IMG/VR virus record: IMGVR_UViG_3300028388_001983
Span: 1 to 64,000 of that record
DNA: 64,000 bases
Source: a virus
Reading direction: 5' to 3' (one strand)
The position numbers were made by a program, and so were the translations under genes. Of the stretch, positions 29,253 through 40,477 are shown piece by piece. The notes below the pieces were generated by a model. It was not told the DNA's origin, ran no database searches, and worked only from the letters and a program-made list of their open reading frames with translations. How positions within the stretch are numbered: position 1 is the first letter of the stretch; each line of letters opens with the position of its first letter.

Positions 29253-31775
29253 TTATTCCCAATAATTTTTTAAAGGTTTTAACTCTATACCCTTTTTAGT
29301 TTTTACTGGTCTATAACCAGTTCTTCCACCAAGTACATTTAAAAAGTCTCTATCAGAAATACTTTTTTGTATATCAGATAAACCACCTTGCAATGCATTA
29401 GTCATGCCACTTAGATATTGACCAGTGTTATTATAAGCATCTCTATTACTCATATAATTAAGATAAGCATTCCTTAAACCAGCTTGATTAGCGGCTTGTG
29501 CATTAAACATATTAGCTCTTAATCTATTCTGAGCATTCATGTTAGCTTCGTTTTGAAAACTTCTTCCTTGTATATCTCCTAATGTTCTATTAATACCTGC
29601 AGTACCAGCACCTATTTGAGATATAGCAGCATTTCTAGACAGTCCTATATTTCTAGCTCTACGTGCTAAGGCTCTAGAAGAAGTTCTAGCTTGATTTCTT
29701 GCAGATATTCTTTCAGGAGCATAACTAACTCTTTCAGGAGCTATTCTAGATGGAGAATAAGATTCATAAGTAGGTTGATCTCTTAATAATCCAGCAAGAT
29801 TTCCTAACATTCCTACTCCAACTTGACCAGCTATATAAGGTAAATTTTCTTTAAATGAATCATATGGTACACCAGAATCAGTATTAAGTCCCATACCACT
29901 AAAGTTTAGATTTGTAGATACATTAGTTGGAATAGTGTCATTAGTAATGCCTAAACTTTGATCTAACCCTGGTCTGTTAATATCGTTAGAATCAATATTA
30001 GGAACTATATTACCTACTACTGGAGTAGATGTTCTAGTTGTACTAGGTCTAGTTCCAGCAGTATTTTGTGATATATTCCCTTCAGTAATTACATTCCCAG
30101 GTATAGGATTATTAATAGACATATCAGAATAACCTTCATTAGCTATATCTAATAAATTAGGATTACGTAATGATGGTTTTATCGCATAGTCATCGTAGAT
30201 TGGATTACTAGTTGCAGCTCCAGTCACTGCATCTACTGGTATATCATTAATGTTAACATCTTCTATAGGAGATTTTGACCAAGAAGTACCTCCTTTAGGC
30301 TGATCTCCAGACATAAATTGTTTTACTTTATTCCATTTATCATTATTAAATGATACATTAGGTGTATTAAAACTTGCCTGATCATACTGTCCTCCATTAG
30401 ATACAGCATTATATAAAGCATTGGATAAAAATGTACTTCCAAAGGGAGGTACTTTTCCACCAGTTTTCATCTTCTTTAGTCTACCACCACATTTATAAGT
30501 ATTAGTAGGTGAACCTATTTCATCAGTATAAAGTCTTTCATAATCTTTTTTAGGTAAATAATAAAATTGACCTTCTTTATCTTTTATACCAACATGAAAT
30601 CCTTTTATCTGTTGAGGTTCAACATCAGGTTGACGAGTTAGACTATTTACATAATGACCATAAGAATTCCAAACTTGATCTATATTTTTAGGAGAAACTG
30701 GTCTTCCTGCAGTAGCTAAATTAGGGAAATCTATAAAAGTTCCAGGACCTAAAGCTAACATTGAAGTTTCTATATCTCCATTATTAAGTGGACCACCATC
30801 TTCTTTTTGTATACTTATATCAGAATCTTCCATCCTTAAAGCTTCCTGCTTTTGAATAAGTTTACCCATCTCCATTTCTAAACCTCTATTAGAAATAGGA
30901 TCAAGTTTATTTAAGTCTTTACCAAGTCTAAGTTTATAATTATTCTTAATTTTTTTAGCTTTCTCAGAAAATGTTTTGCCATCCTCAGTTTTTAAAGTGT
31001 TTGAAAATACATATGGTTGAGGATTATTTTTATCAAAGTAAGCAACTTCACCATCTTCAGTAAGTGCAATAGGACTACCACCAGGATTACCCATAGCATC
31101 TACAGGTATTCCTCCTTGAGGTCCTTGATGTGATTGACCATCATATTCAATAAATCCACCCTTCTTAAGAGAAGCTGGACCACTCATTAAGTTTGCAAAG
31201 TTCATTTGAGATGCAGACCTAACTTTATTACGCTGTTCTATAGCTTGTTGTTCATCATATTGTTCACCAGCTTTTTTACCAGCTAATAATCCAAATGGTA
31301 AACCTAACAATCCTAATGAAGAAAATTTTGAAGAAGCATCTAATTGTGCCTGTGCTCTATCATTATCTCCAACAATTGCACTTCCAATTGTATGACCTAA
31401 TTGATTAGCTCCCTCTCCTAACTGCATAGCCATAGAAAGACCACCACCACCAAAGTATTGAGGTAAATTTACATTAACTCTGTTGTTAACCTTTTTTGTA
31501 GTTTTTCTTTTATTAGATTTAGTAGGTTGTTTACTAATTTTTTTAGGTGGTAAAAATAGTTTATCTTTAGGTTGTAAATAAGTACGACCTACTTTAGGAC
31601 GTTTGACTGATGGCACAGAACTCTTTTTTACAAAACTTAAATTACTATTAGGACTATAAACATTCCAGTAAGAATCATTCTTACCTTTAATGATACTTCT
31701 TTTAGGTTTACTAGTAGTCTTAAAACTCTTAGCACCTAACTTACGTCCTCTTTCAAAATTTCCTCTGTTAGCCAT
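29253..31775 (-). CDS. Putative virion core/cargo protein with basic N-terminus and xxxGG motifs
   Basis: GQSHQGPQGGIPV...EDGEV...YVFSNTL crAss-type motif; C-terminal Ala/Asn/Gln-rich ejection-like helix. Confidence 0.65.
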   Translation of the reverse strand: MANRGNFERGRKLGAKSFKTTSKPKRSIIKGKNDSYWNVYSPNSNLSFVKKSSVPSVKRPKVGRTYLQPKDKLFLPPKKISKQPTKSNKRKTTKKVNNRVNVNLPQYFGGGGLSMAMQLGEGANQLGHTIGSAIVGDNDRAQAQLDASSKFSSLGLLGLPFGLLAGKKAGEQYDEQQAIEQRNKVRSASQMNFANLMSGPASLKKGGFIEYDGQSHQGPQGGIPVDAMGNPGGSPIALTEDGEVAYFDKNNPQPYVFSNTLKTEDGKTFSEKAKKIKNNYKLRLGKDLNKLDPISNRGLEMEMGKLIQKQEALRMEDSDISIQKEDGGPLNNGDIETSMLALGPGTFIDFPNLATAGRPVSPKNIDQVWNSYGHYVNSLTRQPDVEPQQIKGFHVGIKDKEGQFYYLPKKDYERLYTDEIGSPTNTYKCGGRLKKMKTGGKVPPFGSTFLSNALYNAVSNGGQYDQASFNTPNVSFNNDKWNKVKQFMSGDQPKGGTSWSKSPIEDVNINDIPVDAVTGAATSNPIYDDYAIKPSLRNPNLLDIANEGYSDMSINNPIPGNVITEGNISQNTAGTRPSTTRTSTPVVGNIVPNIDSNDINRPGLDQSLGITNDTIPTNVSTNLNFSGMGLNTDSGVPYDSFKENLPYIAGQVGVGMLGNLAGLLRDQPTYESYSPSRIAPERVSYAPERISARNQARTSSRALARRARNIGLSRNAAISQIGAGTAGINRTLGDIQGRSFQNEANMNAQNRLRANMFNAQAANQAGLRNAYLNYMSNRDAYNNTGQYLSGMTNALQGGLSDIQKSISDRDFLNVLGGRTGYRPVKTKKGIELKPLKNYWE

Positions 31776-31786
31776 AATTAATAATG

Positions 31787-31819
31787 TTTTGTAAAAATAA
31801 ATAAAATTCTGATAATAAA
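31787..31819 (-). promoter_or_regulatory. Possible variant Bacteroidota-type promoter for the cargo/RNAP operon
   Basis: Minus strand reads TTTG-N20-TATTTTTA, one mismatch to TAnnTTTG. Confidence 0.45.
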
Positions 31820-31834
31820 CAAATTATTTTTCTA

Positions 31835-34800
31835 TCAATGTTTATTAGGTATGTAATGAGTTATTATATCATTTACTAATAAAGAACGATTATTACCACT
31901 ATCAAAAATAAACTTAACTACTAGGTATGAATCTCTTAGTCTGGGTTTATTAGTAGTATTATCTCTTAAAGTATTATGTTTCCAAGTTCTAAACCTCTTT
32001 TTAAAATAAGTACTGTCTTCATAAACAGGAGTAGTCTGATAACTATTATATGCTTGTAAACTATCAAACGTAATACTAAAATTCTCTACATCAGAATAAT
32101 TTAAAGCTCTAGTCATCCATTTCAAACTATCAAATCTATGAATACCTTCTTCTTTAGGATTAACTACTATATGTAATTCAGCATCAAAATCAGAACCATA
32201 TAATGTGAAAGTATCTTGATTGTGTAATTGTGTTACATAATTAGTTCCACCATCATATATACCATATATATAATCATCATTATGAATATAGTCAGCCCAA
32301 GGCATATCATAGAAACTTACAAAACTTTGAGTTAATGTATTATATACTAAAACTTCATTTGTACTAGCTCCAGTTTTTAAGTTAATCAGTATCTCATTAA
32401 ATTCTCTATCATAACCCGTTCTAACGTCCGATATGGACTTATCTCTAAAATATGATGCCATACCCTTAACCTTATCTAAAGATGGCTCATTTAAGCTCTG
32501 AATAGTATATATGGCATCATTATTATCATCATACCATAGTAAAGTTTCTGGAGTGTGAATTATACTTTGTTTATAATTAGTACCATTTTTAGTAGATATA
32601 TAATCCTTTCTAGTTAATATACCACCACTACCTAATGCAAGTAATTGACCATCAGTAGCTGTAACCACTTCTCTGTCTTCTACTGATAATACTGCCAAAG
32701 CTCTTTCTTGAAAACTTAAAAGTCTACCTTGATAATTTATAAGATCAGTTATTTCTCCATAAGCACCATCAACTTCTAACTCATTATTAAATTTAAAAGT
32801 TGCCCAAGAGTCATTAAGTTCACCATTAATTTTTCTCTCTGATGCTATCACTTTAATATCACTTTGATTAATAGCAGTGTCAGAAAAGTCTAAAGGTTCT
32901 GGAATATATGTTTTTATATTTTGAGGTCTGGAATATACTAAGTTATAATCATATAAAGGTTTTGTTTGAGTATAAAAATCTCCAGTAGTAGCATCCCATT
33001 CATGAACTCCTACAGTCTCTTTTATTCCTAATAAGTTTTCATTACTCCAATCTCCTTGTAACAACTCATAAAAACGTTCTCCATGATCTAATCCAAGATT
33101 AATTTTAGTTTCTACAGGTAGGTATAATACTTCTAGATTTGTACAACCATGTTCTGGTGTAGGTATAAAAGTTCTAATATGTTCAAATATGCCAATAATC
33201 GTATCACCGTATGCTGTCTCTTGAGATGTGTTACCAGCTACTAAACTAGAAACATCTTTATACTCTGAACATTCTATATACTGAGTGTTAACCCTATCTG
33301 AATATGTATTTCCCCCATAAGGAGTTATATCTCTTCTACGAAGTACATATAATGCTCCATCAGGAGTTCCAGTATAGTTTGCAGCAAATACATCATTAGT
33401 TCCTAAAGTACCATCTGCAGAAGTACCTTTAACTACTAAACAAGTTCCACGAGCTTGATCTCCTACTGTTGTACCATCTATACTTCTAGCACCATGAGAG
33501 TAGTTCCATACAGTACTTGTACCTAATGGAATATTGAATGCTGTAGAATCATTAATACCTTGATAACTTTGATCACTAAAAATTCTAGAATCATCTATAT
33601 CAAATTTCTGTTGGTATGGATTACTAGGACTTCCAGCAGGATCATCAAAAGTAGTTTCAGTTATATATTTTTTAATTATAATACTATCAGCAGAATAATT
33701 TGCTGGAGACGAAGTTGCACCAGGTCTATGCGCTAAAGCTCCATCATATTCAAATCTATGTGTAGCATGAAAATATTCACCAATATTTAAAAAATTACTT
33801 AAATTATAATTTAATTCTGGAGTAATATATTCTTTATAAGAATCTGATAAATTACTTGTATCAACACTTGCTGTACCTGTCATAGATTCATGGCCATTAT
33901 TATACATACATATATCTGCAGGAAATATATAGCCAGTTAAACTATTGTCATGTGGTTTTAATGATCCCATATATCCTGCATCTAATACTGTAGAATTTAA
34001 AACATCTCTATCAGCCCTAACTATTTTAAATCCTACTATATCTGCATCTATTAAATCTTGTGTAATATTAACAGTAAACCTAACATTAAAAGCAGTGGCC
34101 TCCATAGTGGTAGTACTATCATAAAAATCTATATCAGAGTAGTTAGGCATTCTGATATCAGCAATCCATTTAGGAAAAGTTTGCCTACCTTTATCATCAA
34201 AAAATACTATAGCAAATCTATAGATTTCATCTCTTTGAAAAGTTAGATTATCTGAAAAATATGGATTGTATTGAAATCCGTAAGTTCCTGCACCATCGTG
34301 TAAATATGTAGAAGGAGTTCCTGAACCACTATCTACAGTAGGACTATTACCATAACTTTGAGTATAAGTATTATGTTTACTACTTAAATCCATAGTAAAC
34401 TGTACAAATTCATATTTAATATTTGGTCCTTCTCCACCTAGAGTAGATGGAGTACCACTATTATACTGACGTTTAAGATTAGAATCAATTGTAGTTAAAG
34501 CATCAAACCCATCGTTATAAGGACAGATACAGTCATGATCTGCATCAATACCCCAATTAGTAGGATTAGCATTTATTTCTGTACTACTTATTTCAGTTTC
34601 ATTACCTTCAGAGTCTTCTATAATAGCTTCGTTAGTAGCAGAACTAAATCTATAAGCTCTTGTATCATAAACAGAAGTAGGAAGATCAATGTAATCTTCT
34701 GTTATATTTGCAGCAAATAAATAATTATTCTTAGTTTCTAAATGTTGACAAGTGAACAGGTTTTTAAGAGAATTAAATTCTTCTGCAGTATAAGAACCTA

Positions 34801-35686
34801 TACTAGTACCAGTATCTAAAATATCAATAGAATCATCTATTTTATATTCACCGACAATTCTAATCTCTGGATTAATATATGGGTCTTTATAATGAACAGC
34901 TATTAGTCTAACCCTAGTAAAAAAGTCTGAGTCTGGATTAGTTAAAGTTACTAATACACTTTTATTAACATTTGTCTCAGCATCTACACCTTTAATATTT
35001 AGATAAGAGTCATCTACTTGACCATCAGCTAATAATGTAGGTATACTAAGAGCACCAAAAGTAGTTTCAGCACCATTGATGGAATATAATACATATGTAT
35101 ATTGTATAATTCCACCAGTCAAGTTACCACCTTGTATAGGATTATTATCTGTATCAATATCTATAGCAGATTGTTCGAAGGTAGGAAATATGTTTAGATA
35201 GCTAGGATCAGAACCAGATAGATTAGTATCCAAAAGGTTACAAAATCTTAAAGGATTAGTACCATCAGTAAAGTATACTTTTTGAATATTTGTAGATTCA
35301 TATCTTCCTACAGCATCTACTATAGTATCGGCAGGAATCTCTAAATCCCCTTGATATTTTAATTCACTAGCTCCAAGTGTACCAGTAACACCTGTTGGAT
35401 CAAAATAATATATATTATCATTAGATACATTTACTCTATCTCCCCTAGCAAATAAAACTATTTTATCTCTTATATAAGTATGACCAGCATAAGAATAATA
35501 TTGAGGAAGTGCCCACTTTAAACTTGTACCTTTAATACTTTTTAAAGCTCCTGAAGTGGAACCATCTTCAGTAAGTATTCTATAATTATCTGCATGAAGA
35601 TATTTAGTATTTTCAAATTTATTCAAAGAGGTATCCTTATCCATACCTCCTATAAAAGTATTGATATGCTTAGGAAAATTGTTCAT
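31835..35686 (-). CDS. Tail stabilization/muzzle protein (P22 gp10-like, crAss type)
   Basis: NTFIGGMDKD N-terminus, FQRDEIYRFAIVFFD, W...VDGAYGEI and KKRFRTW...RLRDSY C-terminus. Confidence 0.85.
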   Translation of the reverse strand: MNNFPKHINTFIGGMDKDTSLNKFENTKYLHADNYRILTEDGSTSGALKSIKGTSLKWALPQYYSYAGHTYIRDKIVLFARGDRVNVSNDNIYYFDPTGVTGTLGASELKYQGDLEIPADTIVDAVGRYESTNIQKVYFTDGTNPLRFCNLLDTNLSGSDPSYLNIFPTFEQSAIDIDTDNNPIQGGNLTGGIIQYTYVLYSINGAETTFGALSIPTLLADGQVDDSYLNIKGVDAETNVNKSVLVTLTNPDSDFFTRVRLIAVHYKDPYINPEIRIVGEYKIDDSIDILDTGTSIGSYTAEEFNSLKNLFTCQHLETKNNYLFAANITEDYIDLPTSVYDTRAYRFSSATNEAIIEDSEGNETEISSTEINANPTNWGIDADHDCICPYNDGFDALTTIDSNLKRQYNSGTPSTLGGEGPNIKYEFVQFTMDLSSKHNTYTQSYGNSPTVDSGSGTPSTYLHDGAGTYGFQYNPYFSDNLTFQRDEIYRFAIVFFDDKGRQTFPKWIADIRMPNYSDIDFYDSTTTMEATAFNVRFTVNITQDLIDADIVGFKIVRADRDVLNSTVLDAGYMGSLKPHDNSLTGYIFPADICMYNNGHESMTGTASVDTSNLSDSYKEYITPELNYNLSNFLNIGEYFHATHRFEYDGALAHRPGATSSPANYSADSIIIKKYITETTFDDPAGSPSNPYQQKFDIDDSRIFSDQSYQGINDSTAFNIPLGTSTVWNYSHGARSIDGTTVGDQARGTCLVVKGTSADGTLGTNDVFAANYTGTPDGALYVLRRRDITPYGGNTYSDRVNTQYIECSEYKDVSSLVAGNTSQETAYGDTIIGIFEHIRTFIPTPEHGCTNLEVLYLPVETKINLGLDHGERFYELLQGDWSNENLLGIKETVGVHEWDATTGDFYTQTKPLYDYNLVYSRPQNIKTYIPEPLDFSDTAINQSDIKVIASERKINGELNDSWATFKFNNELEVDGAYGEITDLINYQGRLLSFQERALAVLSVEDREVVTATDGQLLALGSGGILTRKDYISTKNGTNYKQSIIHTPETLLWYDDNNDAIYTIQSLNEPSLDKVKGMASYFRDKSISDVRTGYDREFNEILINLKTGASTNEVLVYNTLTQSFVSFYDMPWADYIHNDDYIYGIYDGGTNYVTQLHNQDTFTLYGSDFDAELHIVVNPKEEGIHRFDSLKWMTRALNYSDVENFSITFDSLQAYNSYQTTPVYEDSTYFKKRFRTWKHNTLRDNTTNKPRLRDSYLVVKFIFDSGNNRSLLVNDIITHYIPNKH

Positions 35687-35688
35687 AA

Positions 35689-38445
35689 TTAACTACCTGG
35701 TATTGGATCAGTATTTTCAAATGTAAACATTCTTATTGCCATTTCAGGAACATCATCATGTCTAGCCCAAGAATCTTTATAATAACTATAAAAAACTGCC
35801 CACTTGTTTACATCTTCTCTTATTAAACAGTGATAATTAGGTGTTCCAGAGTTTATATTTTCTCCTGTAAAAGTATCTGTTCCATCTATCTCATAAAGAG
35901 TTCCGACCTCACTCCAATTTCCTGGAGTTTCAAGTCCTGACACAGTTGATTTATAAAGTTTTATAACTGTATCATCTGCTGTAGCTCTGACCCCCATATA
36001 TATTGTACCACCAATAATATTAACTGAATAGGCTCTATTCATGCCGGAAATTAAGTCAGTAGATACTTGAGTCCATGAGTCTGCACCTAAAGAACTTCTT
36101 GAATAAAGTTCTATAGCTGTTGCACCTGAACCACTGGCTGAGTCTTGTATTACAATATAATATTTAGAATTAGCATAAAACATAACTCCAAGATTATGGC
36201 CTGTAAGATTTGTATCTGTTATAGTTCCTTGTTTTGTCCAACTTATACCATCAGAACTAGTAGCCCACATTGGTTCAGGACTATGAGTAGCTCCATCATC
36301 TTCAGCATCTCCAGTATAATACATTACATATTGAGTACCATCATAAAATATTGATCTAAACCAAGCATTAGCCGCATCATTTTCTCCAGAATATTCTCCA
36401 GATGCAGTAAGTACAGGTTCTCTACCATCGTTCCACTTTCTCCATTTACCATTATAAAATCCTTGATCTTTACGTTTGTAAGCTAAGAATACTTGATCTC
36501 TACGAGAGTAATCAGCATTATTTTTAGTAGTAAGGCCAGTAGCTGTAGTAGCATCATCTTGATCATTTACAGAACCATCTTCTGCAACAACCATTCCTTC
36601 TGTCTTATATTTTTGAGTATTACCAGCATAGTACATATAATAGTAATCATCAACTTCTATAATTTGAGGATTATATATTTGAGAACAGTCTTCAAATTCA
36701 GCATGTTGAGTACCTAAATAAATTACAGGAGAACCTGCTGATGTAGAAAATGTTGTTACAGAAGCTTGAAACTGTTCACCCTCTGCAAAAGTGCCTCCAT
36801 TATGAGTAATTTCAGCACCAGTTCCTGTGACTCTATACCATTCTCCAATTTGAAGATCACCTGAAGAATAAGTTACAGCAGTTGGATCAGTATTAGAAGT
36901 TACTGGAATTAAAGCTGCTTTCTCTTTACAATAAGATTGAGGAATAACATCTTCATAAGTATTATAACTACCATAGATAGGATATTCAAGTTCAGGTAAA
37001 CTTCTGCTTGCTATATAAGCATCTACCATTTCTTCAAAGAAGTGGGCTTCAGTAGGAACTTGTACAACATAATTAGTATCTGTAGTATTATTACCATACT
37101 GCTCAGCAGTTACGTGGAGTATATCATTACCTATCTGAACACTTGATCCATTTCCACCATTAACATTTCCACCACTAGGAGCACTTGGATCAAAACCATC
37201 AAATAATGTTCTTACAGTATTTCTATTAAATACTGCAACTCCTTCATCAACAAAATCATCTACACTTACAATACTAATTTTTAACTTAGTTGTATCATAA
37301 TTACTTCTTCTTACCCAGTATGGAACTGTTAGCCAATCTTGACCTTTAGAAGTAATCTTAATAACGTCAGGTAATACTTCATTATAAGTACTTCCAGTTT
37401 CTCCAAGGCTAACATCATGACCTTCAAGATATAAAAAACCAGAATTATTTTTATTTTCTATAATATCATTTATACTAACAGTTTCAGAACTTCCAGCCCA
37501 GTTCTCGCCATAATCTGAAGAGTACAATATAAATGGTACACTATCATCTTTATAATTTTTATCACCAGCTCTTCCAATAATAACAAACCTACCAGAACCT
37601 AAATCTTCAATTTGAGGCTCTGCTAAATATTGATCAGTGTCATCAGTATCTAAAACAGTCTTATAATCAGTATCCCATGTTTCTCCATCATCTGTAGATT
37701 TTGCTAAGAAAAATCGTACACCATCTAAAGGATTATATCCATAGTGAAATGGATATAATAAATTTCCTGAAGCATCTATAACACATTTATTTCCATAAGG
37801 TTGAGCAGCTCTATTAGTTTCTGTACCAGGAGTTTCAAAATCTACAGGAGTAGACCATGTAGTACCATTATCATCAGAGTACATAGTCTTACTTGTTAAC
37901 CATGTACTACCACCACTTAATCTAGCAAATATTAAAACTATTCTTCCTGTAGGAGTATAAAAAGCACCATAATTTCTTACATCATATCCATCTGGGTCTT
38001 CATAAATCATAGTAGCAGATGTCCAAGTTTCTCCATTATCTGAAGATTGTCTCATATATGCTCTACCCTGAAGACCAACATGATTAGTACCAAGCCTAAA
38101 TATCTCTACAAGCAATCCTGATGTAGGATGTTTTATTAGACGAGGCATTAATACGTTAGCATAGGCTGTTTCAGATGAAGGGTCCCATTTTGTTATCTGG
38201 TTATATACAGTACTTACTACTTCATCATTCGTATGGGTATGATCAAAATCAGTAACGTCAGACTGTGTATGTGTATGAGTAGATGGAGTAAAGGTAGATG
38301 GTTTATTTAATATATTAGACCAATCTACTTCTAAATTTTCATAAGTAATATTAACATCATCATCTAGTCCCGATTTACCAAGTGCTACTCTATAACCACT
38401 ACCATCAGTTACTAATGTTTGTCCAAATAATTCTTTTGCTGGCAT
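35689..38445 (-). CDS. Tail spike/fibre with sialidase-like Asp-box propeller and a second glycosidase-like propeller
   Basis: WSNILNKPSTFTPSTHTH fibre motif; Asp-boxes SSDNGETW, SDDNGTTW, STDDGETW, SSDYGENW; later YYMYYAG, YVMYYTG, ATSSDGISW. Confidence 0.75.
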   Translation of the reverse strand: MPAKELFGQTLVTDGSGYRVALGKSGLDDDVNITYENLEVDWSNILNKPSTFTPSTHTHTQSDVTDFDHTHTNDEVVSTVYNQITKWDPSSETAYANVLMPRLIKHPTSGLLVEIFRLGTNHVGLQGRAYMRQSSDNGETWTSATMIYEDPDGYDVRNYGAFYTPTGRIVLIFARLSGGSTWLTSKTMYSDDNGTTWSTPVDFETPGTETNRAAQPYGNKCVIDASGNLLYPFHYGYNPLDGVRFFLAKSTDDGETWDTDYKTVLDTDDTDQYLAEPQIEDLGSGRFVIIGRAGDKNYKDDSVPFILYSSDYGENWAGSSETVSINDIIENKNNSGFLYLEGHDVSLGETGSTYNEVLPDVIKITSKGQDWLTVPYWVRRSNYDTTKLKISIVSVDDFVDEGVAVFNRNTVRTLFDGFDPSAPSGGNVNGGNGSSVQIGNDILHVTAEQYGNNTTDTNYVVQVPTEAHFFEEMVDAYIASRSLPELEYPIYGSYNTYEDVIPQSYCKEKAALIPVTSNTDPTAVTYSSGDLQIGEWYRVTGTGAEITHNGGTFAEGEQFQASVTTFSTSAGSPVIYLGTQHAEFEDCSQIYNPQIIEVDDYYYMYYAGNTQKYKTEGMVVAEDGSVNDQDDATTATGLTTKNNADYSRRDQVFLAYKRKDQGFYNGKWRKWNDGREPVLTASGEYSGENDAANAWFRSIFYDGTQYVMYYTGDAEDDGATHSPEPMWATSSDGISWTKQGTITDTNLTGHNLGVMFYANSKYYIVIQDSASGSGATAIELYSRSSLGADSWTQVSTDLISGMNRAYSVNIIGGTIYMGVRATADDTVIKLYKSTVSGLETPGNWSEVGTLYEIDGTDTFTGENINSGTPNYHCLIREDVNKWAVFYSYYKDSWARHDDVPEMAIRMFTFENTDPIPGS

Positions 38446-38457
38446 TTTATTTAAATT

Positions 38458-39279
38458 TTAATAGTATTCATTATTATTTGCATCTACATAGATATCTCCA
38501 TTAGCATCTACGAAATAATCAAAGTCAGTATCACTACTAGTAGTAGTAGTAGTACTTGTAGATGTATTTGCATATTTTTCTCTACTCCCAAGATTTCTAA
38601 AATTATTATCGTGCATATTACCATGTTGTAATAATGACATCGCACGATTCTTCATACGCTCTAACTGATCTAATGTAGGCATTTTTAATCTTGTGTGAGC
38701 AGAAGCTCCTGCAAATAAAGCCTGTTGTTGAATTTCTTGATATTTATCTTTAGATAATATATCTTTTAAGTAGAGTTTAAAAGCTAATCTTTCCGCACAA
38801 TAGTGTGTTACAGACCTAATAACTTTAGCATCATCTGGAACTTTAGGTTCTCCATTATCATCTACAGGAAATGCTTTATAAGCCATTAAAAGAGTTGTAT
38901 CTTCTATTCCGCAGTATATATAATCTTCTTTAATTTCATAAACATATTTTTCAGTATCTACATCATCAGAATTTCTAAAGTCAGTATCTGTAACAAACCT
39001 ACTAAATAAGTCTGGATTATCAGTAAAAGGTATAGAAGTATCTTCTTCTATGATTGCACCTTCTTGAATACTATAAAAATCTGGTGGAAGTATTCCTCTA
39101 AAGTCTTCAATATCTATAGTTGCATACTTTTCTTCAAAAGTTGCTGGTTCAAAAGCATATCCTATAGTATCACCTATATACTCTCTAATATCAGCCCTAT
39201 CAATTTCATCGAATCCAAACTCTTTGCGAATATTTTCGATGATATAATCTACATTAACATATTGTCTATTTACACTCAT
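38458..39279 (-). CDS. Tail ring/adaptor protein
   Basis: IEDFRGILP and AYKAFPVDDNGEPKVPD motifs recalled from crAss ring proteins. Confidence 0.7.
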   Translation of the reverse strand: MSVNRQYVNVDYIIENIRKEFGFDEIDRADIREYIGDTIGYAFEPATFEEKYATIDIEDFRGILPPDFYSIQEGAIIEEDTSIPFTDNPDLFSRFVTDTDFRNSDDVDTEKYVYEIKEDYIYCGIEDTTLLMAYKAFPVDDNGEPKVPDDAKVIRSVTHYCAERLAFKLYLKDILSKDKYQEIQQQALFAGASAHTRLKMPTLDQLERMKNRAMSLLQHGNMHDNNFRNLGSREKYANTSTSTTTTTSSDTDFDYFVDANGDIYVDANNNEYY

Positions 39280-39803
39280 TATTCGTAATAAGTTATAGGT
39301 TTAATCTTATTAATCTCTGCTAACTTTCTATCCCAATATCTAACAATATCTAATTTATAATAACTCTGATATTTGACATTACAAGTTGTTTTATCCCAAA
39401 ACCAAAGTAATCTTCGTTTATTAGTGTGTTCATTTAAATGATAGATAAGTTTTTTATTTTTAATATTTTTATATTCTGATGGATCAACATCTGGATATTG
39501 TTTCTTCCACAGTGCTAAAGTTTTTTTCCAATCAGGCATCAGATGACTCTTATCTACTTCACCATCCTCATTAAGTTTTATTTTATAAGGTTTGCTTTTT
39601 ACAACTATTCCTCCTAATCTACCAGGAATAATTAATTCTACAGCCTCCTCTATTAATAAAAACATTGCCTCATCAAAGAACTCTGTTATAATTTTAGAAT
39701 ATGTAAATCTGTCTACAGGTTTATTTGCATATACTTTATAGAAATCAAATAAATCCTGTGTTTTATAATCTGCATTGTTTTTGCCAACACCTCGTTTAAA
39801 CAT
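39279..39803 (-). CDS. IHF/HU-like crAss protein
   Basis: PGRLGGI, PDWKKT, IYHLNEHT and WFWDK. Confidence 0.7.
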   Translation of the reverse strand: MFKRGVGKNNADYKTQDLFDFYKVYANKPVDRFTYSKIITEFFDEAMFLLIEEAVELIIPGRLGGIVVKSKPYKIKLNEDGEVDKSHLMPDWKKTLALWKKQYPDVDPSEYKNIKNKKLIYHLNEHTNKRRLLWFWDKTTCNVKYQSYYKLDIVRYWDRKLAEINKIKPITYYE

Positions 39804-39805
39804 AA

Positions 39806-40477
39806 TTATACAGTTTTATCATCAACACTATTTGCGATCTTATCTTCAGCTTGTTCTAAAATTGCTCTAAAATTACTTTTAATTAATATCTCTTTCATCA
39901 AGTCTCTCATTGATAAATCTATTGGGTAATCAGTACTAGAGTCAAAAGTAGTATCTGATAAATACTCTGCTACTTCTTTTGGGTTTTGAAATACTCCTTC
40001 TACATAAACAGTAGTACCAGTTAAATCACTTTCTGTAATATTAATTCCATACAGATAACCACCATGTATAAAAAAATATGGTTCAGTAGAATTAAATTTT
40101 AAATTTCCACTTTCTAAAGCACCTTTTTTAGTAGCAACATTATATGTTTTTGTACTAAATTCAGTATCACTAATTCTAGTAAAAGTAGCTCCATAACCTC
40201 TTCTATTGATAGTTAAAGGAATTGTAGTAGAGCTTTTTACACCACTTTTATTTCCTAGAGTAGCATTAGCTACTGTAACATTTCCAAGACTTTGTATAAA
40301 TGATTCATCAATACCAAAAGGATTTTTATCAAATCTATTCTTCAATAAAGTAGCTCTAATACTATGAATCCAGTTTTTAACTTGTCTTACAGATAAACTG
40401 TCAGTGTCTTTATAGTTAGCTCTATAAAGTTCTATAAAGTCATAAGCTAATTTATTTAATGTTATTCTATCTGCCAT
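39806..40477 (-). CDS. Tail ring/tubular structural protein
   Basis: TLNKLAYD...RATLLK...VEGVFQNP...DYPID. Confidence 0.7.
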   Translation of the reverse strand: MADRITLNKLAYDFIELYRANYKDTDSLSVRQVKNWIHSIRATLLKNRFDKNPFGIDESFIQSLGNVTVANATLGNKSGVKSSTTIPLTINRRGYGATFTRISDTEFSTKTYNVATKKGALESGNLKFNSTEPYFFIHGGYLYGINITESDLTGTTVYVEGVFQNPKEVAEYLSDTTFDSSTDYPIDLSMRDLMKEILIKSNFRAILEQAEDKIANSVDDKTV

